Shown: piece by piece, positions 1 to 9,770 of the stretch
Layout of the letters: the number at the start of each line of letters is the position of its first letter
How positions within the stretch are numbered: the stretch's first letter is position 1
Assembly (NCBI GenBank): GCA_043745805.1
Contig: JAYTSD010000001.1
Coordinates: 32,001 to 96,000 of the forward strand
From: Fibrobacteria bacterium
GTDB taxonomy: Bacteria; Fibrobacterota; Fibrobacteria; UBA11236
Reading direction: 5' to 3'
DNA: 64,000 bases
Program-made: the position numbers and the translations under genes
The notes under the pieces: generated by a model
What the model was told of the DNA's origin: nothing
Database searches by the model: none
The model's input: the letters and a program-made list of their open reading frames with translations, nothing else

Positions 1-2
1 AT

Positions 3-380
3 GATAATACGGGTGGAGGTGAAGCACAGGTTTCCGCTCCCGTAGAAGAAAAACCAAAGACGCATACCCGAAGAAAGAAAAAATCTTCTGAAGCAGAGCC
101 TGCTAGCCCTGCAAGTGATTTTTCTACAACGCCCTCCGCGCCATCTGAGCCTTCTATCCCTGCTGCACCAGCCTCGGAAAGTTGGGGTTCTCCTGCTTCG
201 GAGCCAGCTACTCCTGCCGCTTCATCGGCCCCTGAAAGTACAACTCCTGCACCATCGGTACCCAGCGAACCAACAAAAGCATTGGAACCTCCTGCTCCCG
301 CTAATGACAGTTGGGGTGCACCAAAGAGTGAGCCTACCGCTCCCGATACTGGGAAAAGTCCCGGTAAAGATGCTTGGTAA
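3..380 (+). CDS. 3' part of a protein with a Pro/Ala/Ser-rich, low-complexity C-terminal tail (5' end outside the window)
   Basis: Open frame from position 3 (DNTGGGEAQVSAPVEEKPK...SPGKDAW) to TAA at 378-380. Not in the ORF track because it has no start in the window. Confidence 0.75.
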   Translation, partial: DNTGGGEAQVSAPVEEKPKTHTRRKKKSSEAEPASPASDFSTTPSAPSEPSIPAAPASESWGSPASEPATPAASSAPESTTPAPSVPSEPTKALEPPAPANDSWGAPKSEPTAPDTGKSPGKDAW

Positions 381-1741
381 AAATAAGACCTTATTCAGTG
401 CCAGCTAAATCTTCTCAAACCGCGCGTACCGGAATCGATAAAAAAGTACGCATCATCAATTTAGGTTGCTCCAAAAACCAAGTCGATAGCGAAAATATTT
501 TAGGTGAATTTGGCCGTGCCGGATTTACACGCGCCCATGAAGACGAGGCCCCTCAGGTTACCGTGATCAATACCTGTGGTTTTATTGAGTCCGCCAAAGA
601 AGAATCCGTACAAGAAATATTGGATACCTTGCAACAAAGAGCCAAGGGTGAAAAAATTGTGGTAGCGGGATGTTTATCCCAACGTTACATGGAAGAATTA
701 AAAAAAGACATTCCCGAAGTGGATCTTTTTGTGGGAACTTATCATCCCGGCGAAATGCTTGCCAAATTAGGGTTGGATTCTACAAAGCCTTCGGATTGTG
801 ATTTTGGAGCGGCTCCTCGCACTTTAATGGGTGATGAACCGCATCATGCTTTTTTAAAAATTGCTGAAGGTTGCAATCGTATTTGTGGTTTCTGCGCCAT
901 ACCCGGTATGCGCGGGAAACAAAGAAGCAAAAGTATTGCCGATATTGTTAAAGAAGCACAAGAGCTACAAAGCTGGGGTATTCAAGAAATTTCTTTGATA
1001 GCGCAAGACCTAACTTATTTTGGGCGTGAACAAGGCGGTAAAGAAACTTTGCAACAATTGTTACATGCCTTATTGCAACATACCGATATTCCTTGGATAC
1101 GTATGATGTATGCCTATCCCGCGTTTGTCGATGATGGATTAATTGATTTAATGGCCTCGGAAAAACGCATTTGTAAGTATTTAGATATTCCTATTCAACA
1201 TGCCAGCGATAATGTTTTAAAGGCTATGCGCCGTAATTATACCCACGCCGATATGCGTCATTTATTTTCGCAGATGCGTAAAGCCATGCCGGAGATTTCT
1301 TTGCGTACCACGGTACTTCTAGGTTACCCTGGGGAAACCGAAAAAGATGTGGACGAGTTACTGGCTTTTATGGAAGAAGTACGCTTTAAGCATTTAGGTG
1401 GTTTTACTTATTCCGATGAAGACGGCACTTATGCTTTTGATCTCAAGGATAAAGTGGAACTAGAAGTGATGGAAGAACGTTTAGAAAGAGTAATGGCTTT
1501 ACAGCAAGAAATTTCTAGCGAAGAAAACCAAAAACGTATTGGTAAAACTCTGGAAGTATTGATTGATGGGGTTGCTGAAGGTGAAGACTATCGTTTTATA
1601 GGCCGCACTCAAGGGGATGCGCCGGAAGTGGATAATCGGGTATTGATTTATGCAGATGGTGATGCCGCTCCAGGGACTTTCCGCCAAGTATTTATTACTG
1701 ACTCTTTGGAATATGATTTAGAAGGTAAGTTGGTTGAATAA
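374..1741 (+). CDS. rimO: Ribosomal protein S12 methylthiotransferase RimO (true start possibly GTG at 398)
   Basis: UPF0004 N-domain (LGCSKN, NTCGFI, GCL), radical SAM CxxxCxxC (CNRICGFC), C-terminal TRAM with DAPEVD. Confidence 0.93.
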   Translation: MVKIRPYSVPAKSSQTARTGIDKKVRIINLGCSKNQVDSENILGEFGRAGFTRAHEDEAPQVTVINTCGFIESAKEESVQEILDTLQQRAKGEKIVVAGCLSQRYMEELKKDIPEVDLFVGTYHPGEMLAKLGLDSTKPSDCDFGAAPRTLMGDEPHHAFLKIAEGCNRICGFCAIPGMRGKQRSKSIADIVKEAQELQSWGIQEISLIAQDLTYFGREQGGKETLQQLLHALLQHTDIPWIRMMYAYPAFVDDGLIDLMASEKRICKYLDIPIQHASDNVLKAMRRNYTHADMRHLFSQMRKAMPEISLRTTVLLGYPGETEKDVDELLAFMEEVRFKHLGGFTYSDEDGTYAFDLKDKVELEVMEERLERVMALQQEISSEENQKRIGKTLEVLIDGVAEGEDYRFIGRTQGDAPEVDNRVLIYADGDAAPGTFRQVFITDSLEYDLEGKLVE

Positions 1742-1899
1742 ACCACTTTCTAATTGAGTTCTTTTCTTCTCAAACACATATTTATTTACTGATTAAAATT
1801 TGCTGGTCATTATTTGAACAGAAAGAAATTTTTTTAGGCGATTATTAGCACTTTAAATTCTTGAAGCTATTAAAAACCATTTTTTGGCGTGTAAACATT

Positions 1900-1915
1900 T
1901 GGCAAAGCTTTTGCT
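1900..1915 (+). promoter_or_regulatory. Sigma54 -24/-12 promoter
   Basis: TGGCAAAGCTTTTGCT, exact GG-N10-GC spacing. Confidence 0.75.
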
Positions 1916-1924
1916 GTACTTAAT

Positions 1925-2033
1925 AGTACAGAGAAACTTTAAAGCAACTTACCCGCGCAACGGAATTTCGTCGGTGACCTGAAGGGCCGGCGGAATCAAT
2001 GCGGAGGGACGACACCTAAGTCGTCCCTTTTTC
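1925..2033 (+). ncRNA. Candidate sigma54-dependent small RNA (~110 nt)
   Basis: Lies between the sigma54 promoter and an intrinsic terminator, with a GC-rich stem (CCGC...GCGG, TTTCGTCGG/CCGGCGGAA) and no credible ORF. Confidence 0.55.
2005..2033 (+). terminator. Rho-independent terminator
   Basis: AGGGACGAC-acctaa-GTCGTCCCT perfect 9-bp stem followed by a T tract. Confidence 0.85.
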
Positions 2034-2056
2034 GTTTCCCAGATTTTTTTAGAAGT

Positions 2057-2470
2057 TTAGCGAAGACGTAAAGTGTCGGGACCAGATGATTTTTCGAAAT
2101 GGCAAAGGCATGTATTCGTGCTTAATTGAAAAATGCTTTCATAAGGCTTGTCTTTATAATTTATATGCACATTTAGACTTGCACTGGTTCCATCTATTTT
2201 TCGCACTAAAGAATCATTAAAAATTTGATAACGTCCGACACTATAGCCAGTTGTATCCACCAAATCTAAAGGCGTTTGTGCTTGATTCAAATAAAGTTTA
2301 ACGGTGGCTGAGGTAATCGGATGTTCATCGGTATCAACTAGGTATAAATTAAGTATCCGATAGCCCTTACATTTTGGGCAGTCAGTAGACTCCACATGAA
2401 ATTCACAGGCCCAAAAAAGGCTTCCAAAAACGAGAAAAGAAAGTATTCCGAATAAAATTTTGTTACGCAT
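2057..2470 (-). CDS. Hypothetical lipoprotein
   Basis: MRNKILFGILSFLVFGSLFWAC lipobox-like signal (ATG at 2470); Cys pairs CPKC and CLC. Confidence 0.65.
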   Translation of the reverse strand: MRNKILFGILSFLVFGSLFWACEFHVESTDCPKCKGYRILNLYLVDTDEHPITSATVKLYLNQAQTPLDLVDTTGYSVGRYQIFNDSLVRKIDGTSASLNVHINYKDKPYESIFQLSTNTCLCHFEKSSGPDTLRLR

Positions 2471-2588
2471 TTGGGTTAAAGTAACAAAAAAGGAGCTTGA
2501 TATCACTTGTTTCAAGGGAAAGCGACAGGGAAATTCCCATTTTCCCCTTTAATTACCTATTTTTCAGCCGCTTATTGACGGGAGAATT

Positions 2589-5500
2589 ATGGGACTATTG
2601 AATTTTTTAAAACCAGCATGGAAGCATAGCAATCCCTCGATACGGGCCGCAGCGATTCAAGGTTTGGCCGAGGATCAGCAAGATATTTTGCTTTCCATAG
2701 CCTTACAAGATAGCGATGTAAATAATCGCAAAGCCGCCTCCAAAAAAATTACTGAAAAAAGTCAATTACAGTCGTTGCTTGCAAAATCGGATGACACTGT
2801 TTTAAAAGAAATAGCCTCCAAAAAAATAAGTGAGCTCTTGACGAGTGCCGCTAAAAATGAATGCAAGAGTGATAGTGATTTACAACAAGCTAAAGAAGCA
2901 TTATCACAAATTACCGAACAAAAATGGTTAGAAGATATTGCGCAATTCGCAAAGTCGGTAGAAATTCGTAAACAAGCCTATTCCAAACTCACGCATGCCA
3001 GCGCCTTTTTTGCTTTAGCCCAAAATGAAGAAAATGCAGATTTAGCCTTAGTCGCCTTTGCCAAGGTAACACGTGTAAATCAATTGGAAAGCTTGAGCAA
3101 AAATGCGAAGAGCGCAATTATACGCAAAGCCGCCAAAGAAAAAATTAAAGATTTAGAAAAGGCGCAAGCCGCCGAAAAGAAAGATGCCATCAACTTAGCC
3201 AAGTTAAATGTACTCATGCAAACTGTAGAAAATATTCGGCAGGTTTTTGAAAAAAATGCATTGATTGATAATTGGAAATCCAGTTTAGAACAATTAGAGG
3301 ATGCCGAAAAAAGTTTACAGCAATTTTTACAAATGGGTTTAGCGCCCACTCCTGAGCAGGCTGCAAGCTTTCGCATCAGTCGGGATTTTATTCGTAATCG
3401 TATGGATAATCACGCAGCGGATTTAATGGCCAAGCAACTGAAACAATTACGTCATCAGGAAATTTTGGTGGAACGCAAAGAGATTTGTAATGCGCTCGAA
3501 GGTTTGGTCAGCGAGGATAGTTTAAATAGCGAAGCCTTATCCGAACTAAAAACCAAATGGCGGGAATTAGGCACTATTGATGGCCCTCAAGAAGAAGAGA
3601 TACAAGCAACATACCGTAACCTCTGTGATAATTTACAAAAAGCCGAATGGCGTCGCCAAAAAACTAAAGAAGAGGCTCTTCGTCGCGTAGAAGAAGATCG
3701 TCAACAAAAAGAACAAGCCATTGTTGAAGCGGAAAAAGTAGAAGGTTATAAACTCAATCAAAGCAAACTCGAAGCTTTGATTGTGCAAGTTGAAGCCACT
3801 TTAGAATTGCATGATATGCGTGAAATGGAAAAGGTTTTTAAAGAGCTTTCCCATACTTGGAAAAATACGGGGCCAGCTCCCGAAGCCGTGCAAACAGGTT
3901 TATTAGATCGTTTCCGTGCGGCACAAGAGCGCTATCGCGAAATTCAAGATTGGTTACGTTGGTCAAACTTGCGTAGTAAGCAAGAAGTATGTGATAAATT
4001 AGAAGCCTTATTAAAAAGTGAAATCGATAAAGGCGTGGTACAAGAATTTAAAGCTCTTTTGGCGGATTGGAAAAGCTTCGGTCCGGTGCCTTGGGATAGT
4101 TCGGAAGCTTTATGGGAACGCTATCATCAAGTTTGCGACAGCTTATATGAAAAAACCCGTGGTTATTTTGCTGAACTCGAAGAAGAACGCGAAGGTAATT
4201 TAAAAAGCAAAGAAGAGCTTTGTGCTAAGGTGGAAGCTTTGGCAGAGTCTACCGAATGGCGTGAAGCCATGGATACGGTTAAAGAAGCGCAAAGTAATTG
4301 GAAAGCGATTGGCGCCGTTCCTCGCGAACAATCCGAAGCTTTATGGACGCGCTTTAAAACGGCATGTGACTTATTCTATGGTCGTCGCGAAAAATATTTT
4401 GGCGAGAGCTTGGTCGCAAAAGTGGCTTTATGCGAGCTAGTAGAATCCTTACAAGATTCTACCGCTTGGAAAATCACTGGGCAAAAAATTAAAGAAGCCC
4501 AAGAACAATGGAAAACTTTAGGTCCTGTAGCCCGTAAAGATTCCGAAACGATTTGGAATCGCTTTCATACGGCTTGCGATAAATTTTATCAAGCGCGCCA
4601 TACTTTCATGGAACAATTGGATAGCGAAAGACCTTTCAATTTAGCGAAGAAAGAAGAGCTTTGCCGCTTAGTGGAAACCATCGATGAATTAGCTACGGAT
4701 GAGGAACGCTATAATTGCATACGCGAAGCGCAAGTGGCTTGGAAAGAAATTGGACCGGTTACTAAAGAGCAGGAACAACCTTTATGGGAACGCTTCCGCA
4801 AACCCTGCGACGCTTTTTTTGAATCGCGTAAAGCCAAATTCTCCGAAGATCAAAGTGCTCGCGAAGAGAATCAAAAATTAAAAGAAGAACTTTGTGTGGA
4901 AGCCGAAAGCTTGATGAATAGTCAAGACTGGAAGAACACTATTGAAAAATATAAAGTGCTGCAAGAAAAATGGAAAGCCATTGGCCAAGCCCCACGCGAA
5001 ATCGACAATGTTTTATGGAAACGTTACCGAACAGCTTGCGATGGTTTCTTTACGAAATTAAAAGCCAATTCGGCACTGATGGAAAAAGAACGCCAATTCA
5101 ATTTGAAGAAAAAAGAAGATTTGTGTTTTGAAGTAGAAGCGATGCTGCATCGTGAATTAACTCCTGAAGAAGCCAAGCGTCGTATGGATTGGCAATTGGA
5201 AAAGCTTTCCAAAAACTTTGGTTATTTCCAAGCCAAAGACGGTCCTATTGATTGGAAAGCCAGTTTTGAAAATGTGAAGGCCATACAAAAAGATTGGAAA
5301 AAAATAGGTCATGTTCCACGCGATAAGAGCGATGCTATTTGGGATAGATTTCACAAAGCCTGCGATGATTTTTTTGAAGAACGTCGCAAAGCCTTGGGAC
5401 TTCCCGAAAGTGATCCTGCCATTAATTTAGAACGTAAATTAGAGATTATTACCGAGGCAGAATCCATTGCCAATGCTGAAAAATCCGAAGAAGGACAAAA

Positions 5501-5642
5501 GCGTATGCGTGACTTACAAAGAAATTGGAAACGTATTGGGCCCGTGCCTCAAGCGCAAAATGAATTTGTGTGGAAACGTTTCCGTACCGCCTGTGATACG
5601 GTATTAGGTGCGGTATCTCAAGTGGAAAATGCAACGGCTTAA
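2589..5642 (+). CDS. DUF349 repeat protein with N-terminal HEAT-like repeats
   Basis: Repeated WKxIGPVP...LWxRFxxACDxFF units; GGGAG RBS. Confidence 0.88.
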   Translation: MGLLNFLKPAWKHSNPSIRAAAIQGLAEDQQDILLSIALQDSDVNNRKAASKKITEKSQLQSLLAKSDDTVLKEIASKKISELLTSAAKNECKSDSDLQQAKEALSQITEQKWLEDIAQFAKSVEIRKQAYSKLTHASAFFALAQNEENADLALVAFAKVTRVNQLESLSKNAKSAIIRKAAKEKIKDLEKAQAAEKKDAINLAKLNVLMQTVENIRQVFEKNALIDNWKSSLEQLEDAEKSLQQFLQMGLAPTPEQAASFRISRDFIRNRMDNHAADLMAKQLKQLRHQEILVERKEICNALEGLVSEDSLNSEALSELKTKWRELGTIDGPQEEEIQATYRNLCDNLQKAEWRRQKTKEEALRRVEEDRQQKEQAIVEAEKVEGYKLNQSKLEALIVQVEATLELHDMREMEKVFKELSHTWKNTGPAPEAVQTGLLDRFRAAQERYREIQDWLRWSNLRSKQEVCDKLEALLKSEIDKGVVQEFKALLADWKSFGPVPWDSSEALWERYHQVCDSLYEKTRGYFAELEEEREGNLKSKEELCAKVEALAESTEWREAMDTVKEAQSNWKAIGAVPREQSEALWTRFKTACDLFYGRREKYFGESLVAKVALCELVESLQDSTAWKITGQKIKEAQEQWKTLGPVARKDSETIWNRFHTACDKFYQARHTFMEQLDSERPFNLAKKEELCRLVETIDELATDEERYNCIREAQVAWKEIGPVTKEQEQPLWERFRKPCDAFFESRKAKFSEDQSAREENQKLKEELCVEAESLMNSQDWKNTIEKYKVLQEKWKAIGQAPREIDNVLWKRYRTACDGFFTKLKANSALMEKERQFNLKKKEDLCFEVEAMLHRELTPEEAKRRMDWQLEKLSKNFGYFQAKDGPIDWKASFENVKAIQKDWKKIGHVPRDKSDAIWDRFHKACDDFFEERRKALGLPESDPAINLERKLEIITEAESIANAEKSEEGQKRMRDLQRNWKRIGPVPQAQNEFVWKRFRTACDTVLGAVSQVENATA
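5521..5642 (+). repeat. Direct repeat copy 1: 3' end of the DUF349 gene
   Basis: 68-bp core 5549-5616 identical to 9799-9866; flanks are diverged. Confidence 0.92.
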
Positions 5643-5652
5643 AAGCGAGTGC

Positions 5653-5686
5653 AAGTTTATAGTGAGCATTTTCTTACTATAAACTT
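5653..5686. terminator. Bidirectional terminator-like hairpin
   Basis: AAGTTTATAGTGAG/CTTACTATAAACTT inverted repeat between convergent genes. Confidence 0.7.
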
Positions 5687-5715
5687 TTGGTTTTCTATTC
5701 CGCTTTTAAAATAAT

Positions 5716-6573
5716 TTAAAACCGTTTAGAAATAATTAATGCGGCCCCATTAATACCGTCGCGTCCATAAATCGGATTTAATTTTAATGCGGCTAATTTT
5801 TGAGAATTATTTTTTGAAAAAAGGTGTGAAGTTAATTCATAAAACCCCGCATTTGCTAAAGGAAGAATTATTGAAGCAATAGTAAGTTCGAGTTGAAGGT
5901 TACTCATAATTTCGCTGGGTGTCGCATCTGGAGAGCTGGATGCACTTGCAGAAAATGGTGCTGAGGCCACAATTCCACCATAATAGGTTGCAGACAATGA
6001 ACCTTTACCTCCCATCAAGTTTCCTACACTATAAACTGCAAGGGGAGATACAATAAATTCAGCTCCTAGACCCAACATGCCTGCGCCAAAACAGTCTCCG
6101 CCACCACAAGTAGCTGAATATGTTCCCCATGCGGCAAGCCCTCCAACGATGTCTCCCGCCAAAGATTCAAGGAAAAATCGCGTTACCGAAAATGAAGAAC
6201 GATTATCTGCTTTGGATTTTTGAATCGGATTAGTCGGTGTAACAGCGGAAACGGAAGAATTAATATTTTGTTTGGGTTCAATCTGCTGAGATTGAGTAGG
6301 CCGTTTCTTTTGATTTGCTTCCACTAAAGGTTGTGCTAATACCTCTTCGGATATAATCTTTTCCACCAAATCCATTTTATAAACGAAAGTATTTCCATCA
6401 CTGGTTTGGATTTTTAAACTTTGGCCTAATTCTTCTTCTAAGATATTGCATTTGATAATACTTCCATTCTTTAAATAAACAATCTGCTTGCCTTCTGTTT
6501 GAGTTAAAAGAAAAAGTAAGCCTAAGAGGAAGGCAAAATTTATTTTATGGTACGCTAGCATGCTAAACATCAA
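5716..6573 (-). CDS. Exported protein: N-terminal YLKNGSIIK domain plus a Gly-rich hydrophobic C-terminal module
   Basis: Signal peptide; N-domain shared with 6623..7576. Confidence 0.7.
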   Translation of the reverse strand: MMFSMLAYHKINFAFLLGLLFLLTQTEGKQIVYLKNGSIIKCNILEEELGQSLKIQTSDGNTFVYKMDLVEKIISEEVLAQPLVEANQKKRPTQSQQIEPKQNINSSVSAVTPTNPIQKSKADNRSSFSVTRFFLESLAGDIVGGLAAWGTYSATCGGGDCFGAGMLGLGAEFIVSPLAVYSVGNLMGGKGSLSATYYGGIVASAPFSASASSSPDATPSEIMSNLQLELTIASIILPLANAGFYELTSHLFSKNNSQKLAALKLNPIYGRDGINGAALIISKRF

Positions 6574-6622
6574 TGACTCCGATACGGATTAAGTTATAAG
6601 TGAGTATTCGGTTTATTTTATT

Positions 6623-7576
6623 TTAAAATCCGACCCCGGTTTGAATCGCAAATCTAGGAGAAACAAATTCAATAGAAAAGGACTGTGATTCCGTGGAGGT
6701 CTTTATTGAATTTTTAATATTAATACGAGAAACACTATAGCTTCCCTCAAGACTCAGTTTAATGGACTTCCTTGGGATAGAAAAAATCAATCCACCGCCC
6801 GTACCCCAAAAAAAACCTCCCGCTGAAGTTATAGTTTGCCCTACTTCAGTAGCATTTACTCCAGTATTAGGTCCCGGAAAAAAAAGGTCATAACCTAAAT
6901 TAATTAAGAGAAATGGAAAAAATCCACGTAATAATTCTGTGGATAGTCTTGCTGAACCAAAAAGGGGTAAGATGTTGCCTAAATCATCTAGATCGTCAGA
7001 ATCTGGATGCTCAAATTTTATTGTTGTGAAATAACTTGCACCCAAACCTAATGCTAAATGGGAGATAACAGGCGCCTCCACAGACGCCTGAATGGAAAAA
7101 TTTTTATCTAGGTTAGCTTTGCCCTTATAATTCCTAAGGGTATCACCACAGGTTGAGCAAGTATAATCGACATAAGTACCATTTACTGTGCTCGTCATTG
7201 CAGCAGGAAAGTTGTACCCCGCTTTGATATAATAGGTAAAAAGCCGCTTTGAATTTTTGGGTGCCTCTTCGGTCGCTGGCGTTGCTACCAAAGTAGTAGT
7301 ATTACTAATAGGTGGGTTAATTTGAATTGGAGCTAATACTGGTTGTTCTTCTTCAAATAATATTTTTTTCACCATGTCCATTTTATAGACAAAAAGACTT
7401 CCATCACTGCTTTGGATTTTCAAACTTTGATTTGGAATTTGTTCAAGTATCACACCTTTAATGATGCTTCCGTCTTTTAAGTAAACGACCTCCTTACTTT
7501 CTGCGGAATTCATAAGGAAAAATAACCCCAAAAGGAAACATATTTTTTTAGGGTTAAATATTATGTTTGACATCAT
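6623..7576 (-). CDS. Outer-membrane beta-barrel protein with N-terminal YLKDGSIIK domain
   Basis: Signal peptide, amphipathic strands, C-terminal beta-signal (AIQTGVGF). Confidence 0.7.
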   Translation of the reverse strand: MMSNIIFNPKKICFLLGLFFLMNSAESKEVVYLKDGSIIKGVILEQIPNQSLKIQSSDGSLFVYKMDMVKKILFEEEQPVLAPIQINPPISNTTTLVATPATEEAPKNSKRLFTYYIKAGYNFPAAMTSTVNGTYVDYTCSTCGDTLRNYKGKANLDKNFSIQASVEAPVISHLALGLGASYFTTIKFEHPDSDDLDDLGNILPLFGSARLSTELLRGFFPFLLINLGYDLFFPGPNTGVNATEVGQTITSAGGFFWGTGGGLIFSIPRKSIKLSLEGSYSVSRINIKNSIKTSTESQSFSIEFVSPRFAIQTGVGF

Positions 7577-7661
7577 TGACTCCGATTGGGATTAAGTTAA
7601 AAGTTAATTAATTGATATTATTAAATACACTATTTGGTTATTGTAAGGAAACTCGGTTATG

Positions 7662-8011
7662 TTAGATGCAAAAACCATCATAGGTAATTGTAGGCGTGTC
7701 TAAACCTTGGATACATCTATTAAGTGGACTCTTAGTAATGGGATTTTTCTTTCCCATGCAATCCGAATCCTTGTAACAGCTAAATCCACACGTATAACGG
7801 CCCGCTCCTAAATGCAGGGCTTCAGTACCGCAAAAACATTTATTTGTTATTGGCGCCCGGCATATCCGACATCAGTGCATGTTGGTGCCGTAGCAATTGG
7901 TTTAGTTGGAGTTTTTGTGGTGGCTTCTTCAACAGGTCCACTGGATTCACAACTTATACTTAATAGCATATAAGCAAGTATAAGTGTCCTAGCTATTTGA
8001 ATACTAAGCAT
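7662..8011 (-). pseudogene. Cys-rich lipoprotein broken by a 1-nt frameshift (~116 aa if repaired)
   Basis: MLSIQIARTLILAYMLLSISC...CTDVGYAG, then in a shifted frame APITNKCFCGTE...YTCGFSCYKDSDCMG...RCIQG...GFCI*. Length 350 nt = 351-1; the break is at a G-run near 7856-7858. Confidence 0.65.
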
Positions 8012-8074
8012 TTAATTTCCTATTTTTTAAATGGATTAATTGAAAGATAGTGGTATTCGTGGGTAACCTTTTTT

Positions 8075-9367
8075 CTACTTACCACAGGGGAGTATGGATT
8101 TTGTGAATGTGAAACCGATACCAACATTCACACTGACAATGTCTGACTTTAAGATATTACCGTCTAGCCACCATTGCCCAAAAAGAGGTGTTGGGCGATT
8201 GTTAATAGTTGTACTGCATTGGAAGTTAAAGCAGGTATAACTATTTGATGACGTTATGTATCGGATAAAACCATCGGAATCCAGTTCATAAATTGTTGTA
8301 TAATCAGAATGACTACCCGACTCAGCATCAATATTTTCGACCTTCTTATAATTACCTGCCACATTGCACTCAGCTGTAGTCATGGTTTTAGAGTAGGGAC
8401 AGTTTAAGATGTGGCTGCCCCACGAGTAATATCTGTCAAATGTAGAGCGTGTAAAGACACGACAACTTGCCCCGAATGCGATCTTGAGATTAAAAGATTG
8501 TGCGATTCCAGAAGTCGGGATCAGCTTTAGTGATTCACCATGAACCTCCCAAGTGCCTTTGACAGACCAGTTTTTGTACCTCATCTCTTCATAGGTATAT
8601 AACGGTGGGCCATTAAATAAAATCCCTGTTTCATCATTTGCATTCTTAAAATTATTTACTGTACTGTAATCACTTGTATATTGTTTTGAGACTAGCCAAG
8701 ATGGATGAGTAACAACCACAGGCAATGCCATAAGGACTATGTCACCCAAATTTTGATTTAAATCAGAAGTAATACCAACTTTTTTGGTAATGAATCCAAG
8801 TTTTGAGAAAGTTAATGAGTCAGCGTAAATAACAGTACTCTTTTTTAAGTCTTTAAATAAATCGGTAGAAAGAATATCACGATCTTGATCTATTTCAGGT
8901 TTAGAAACTGCAAGCCTATGAATCATAGATTGTGATCCCCAAATTATTTTTACAAAATAAATTCCTTGAGCATTTTTTTTCATTAAACTTGGAATGGAGA
9001 GAGAGTATTGCCCGAGTTCCATGTTTCGATTGAAAATTGTTTCCAGTTTGACGCCACTGATAGTATAAAGATCAATGCGAAGTGATTCCTTTGAAAATGC
9101 TTTAAATTGCAGGGTGTTTCCATATATTTTTATTTCAGAATGCTTTTCAGGGTTGTTTTTTAGGAAGCTTGGAACCGTTATAAAAGAAAAAGTACCCAAT
9201 ATTGAGGTAGTAGTAGAAACATTTTGGGATTGAACCTTAACTGTTACTCCTGCAATTGGACTTAATAGGGTATCGACTAAACGCCCCGATAATTCACCGC
9301 TATCGGACATGGCGACTCCAATTGTTATTAGTATAAAGTGCGCAATAAATTTTAATTTGACTGGCAT
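8075..9367 (-). CDS. Secreted multidomain protein (carboxypeptidase-regulatory-like domain interrupted by a T9SS/FlgD-like domain; Cys-containing C-terminal domain)
   Basis: Signal peptide, GRLVD...GVTV, IDLYTISG...GIYFVKI; RBS upstream of ATG at 9367. Confidence 0.7.
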   Translation of the reverse strand: MPVKLKFIAHFILITIGVAMSDSGELSGRLVDTLLSPIAGVTVKVQSQNVSTTTSILGTFSFITVPSFLKNNPEKHSEIKIYGNTLQFKAFSKESLRIDLYTISGVKLETIFNRNMELGQYSLSIPSLMKKNAQGIYFVKIIWGSQSMIHRLAVSKPEIDQDRDILSTDLFKDLKKSTVIYADSLTFSKLGFITKKVGITSDLNQNLGDIVLMALPVVVTHPSWLVSKQYTSDYSTVNNFKNANDETGILFNGPPLYTYEEMRYKNWSVKGTWEVHGESLKLIPTSGIAQSFNLKIAFGASCRVFTRSTFDRYYSWGSHILNCPYSKTMTTAECNVAGNYKKVENIDAESGSHSDYTTIYELDSDGFIRYITSSNSYTCFNFQCSTTINNRPTPLFGQWWLDGNILKSDIVSVNVGIGFTFTKSILPCGK

Positions 9368-9436
9368 AATTAGTTTTCCCCTTGTACTCGTCAATCAAAA
9401 AAAATGACCGAGTTAAGAAAAAAACAATTTTTGCAA

Positions 9437-9485
9437 ATCTTGTAAACTGACATTTCGCTGACAAGCATTTTAGGGGAAGCAAAAG
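9437..9485 (-). promoter_or_regulatory. 49-bp upstream element copy 1 with TGTCA-N6-TGTCA direct repeat
   Basis: 48/49 identical to 13684-13732. Confidence 0.75.
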
Positions 9486-9497
9486 GAGAGGGAAGTA

Positions 9498-9722
9498 CTA
9501 ACGTTTTATAAACCTCATCGATTTATGAAAATCATCAGCTTTAAAATCCATTATATATGACCCTTTAGATAGCCCGTCCGACCGTAAAGAGTAATACCCT
9601 ACATCGCGCATTTCATCAATTAAGGTTCTAGCGAGTTTTCCGCGTATGTCAATTAACTTAGCGGTTACATACATTCTTTTGGCTAAACCAAATTGCAATA
9701 TGCCATCGCCATTTTTCCCCAT
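9498..9722 (-). pseudogene. Orphan C-terminal secretion-tail (T9SS/FlgD-like) fragment
   Basis: LIDIRGKLARTL...GYYSL...LSKGSYIM with no signal peptide; it abuts the degenerate DUF349 repeat. Confidence 0.55.
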
Positions 9723-9770
9723 AGTTTGCAGAAAAAATTCCTTGGGTAAAAGTGTGTGCGTATTTGCAAA

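Noticed and set aside
115-408. 97-aa ORF in the track
   Set aside because: Off-frame shadow of the Pro/Ala-rich CDS ending at 380.
1925-2033. tRNA, SRP or 6S identity for the candidate RNA
   Set aside because: No cloverleaf or T-loop, no SRP GGAA-loop consensus, and too short for 6S.
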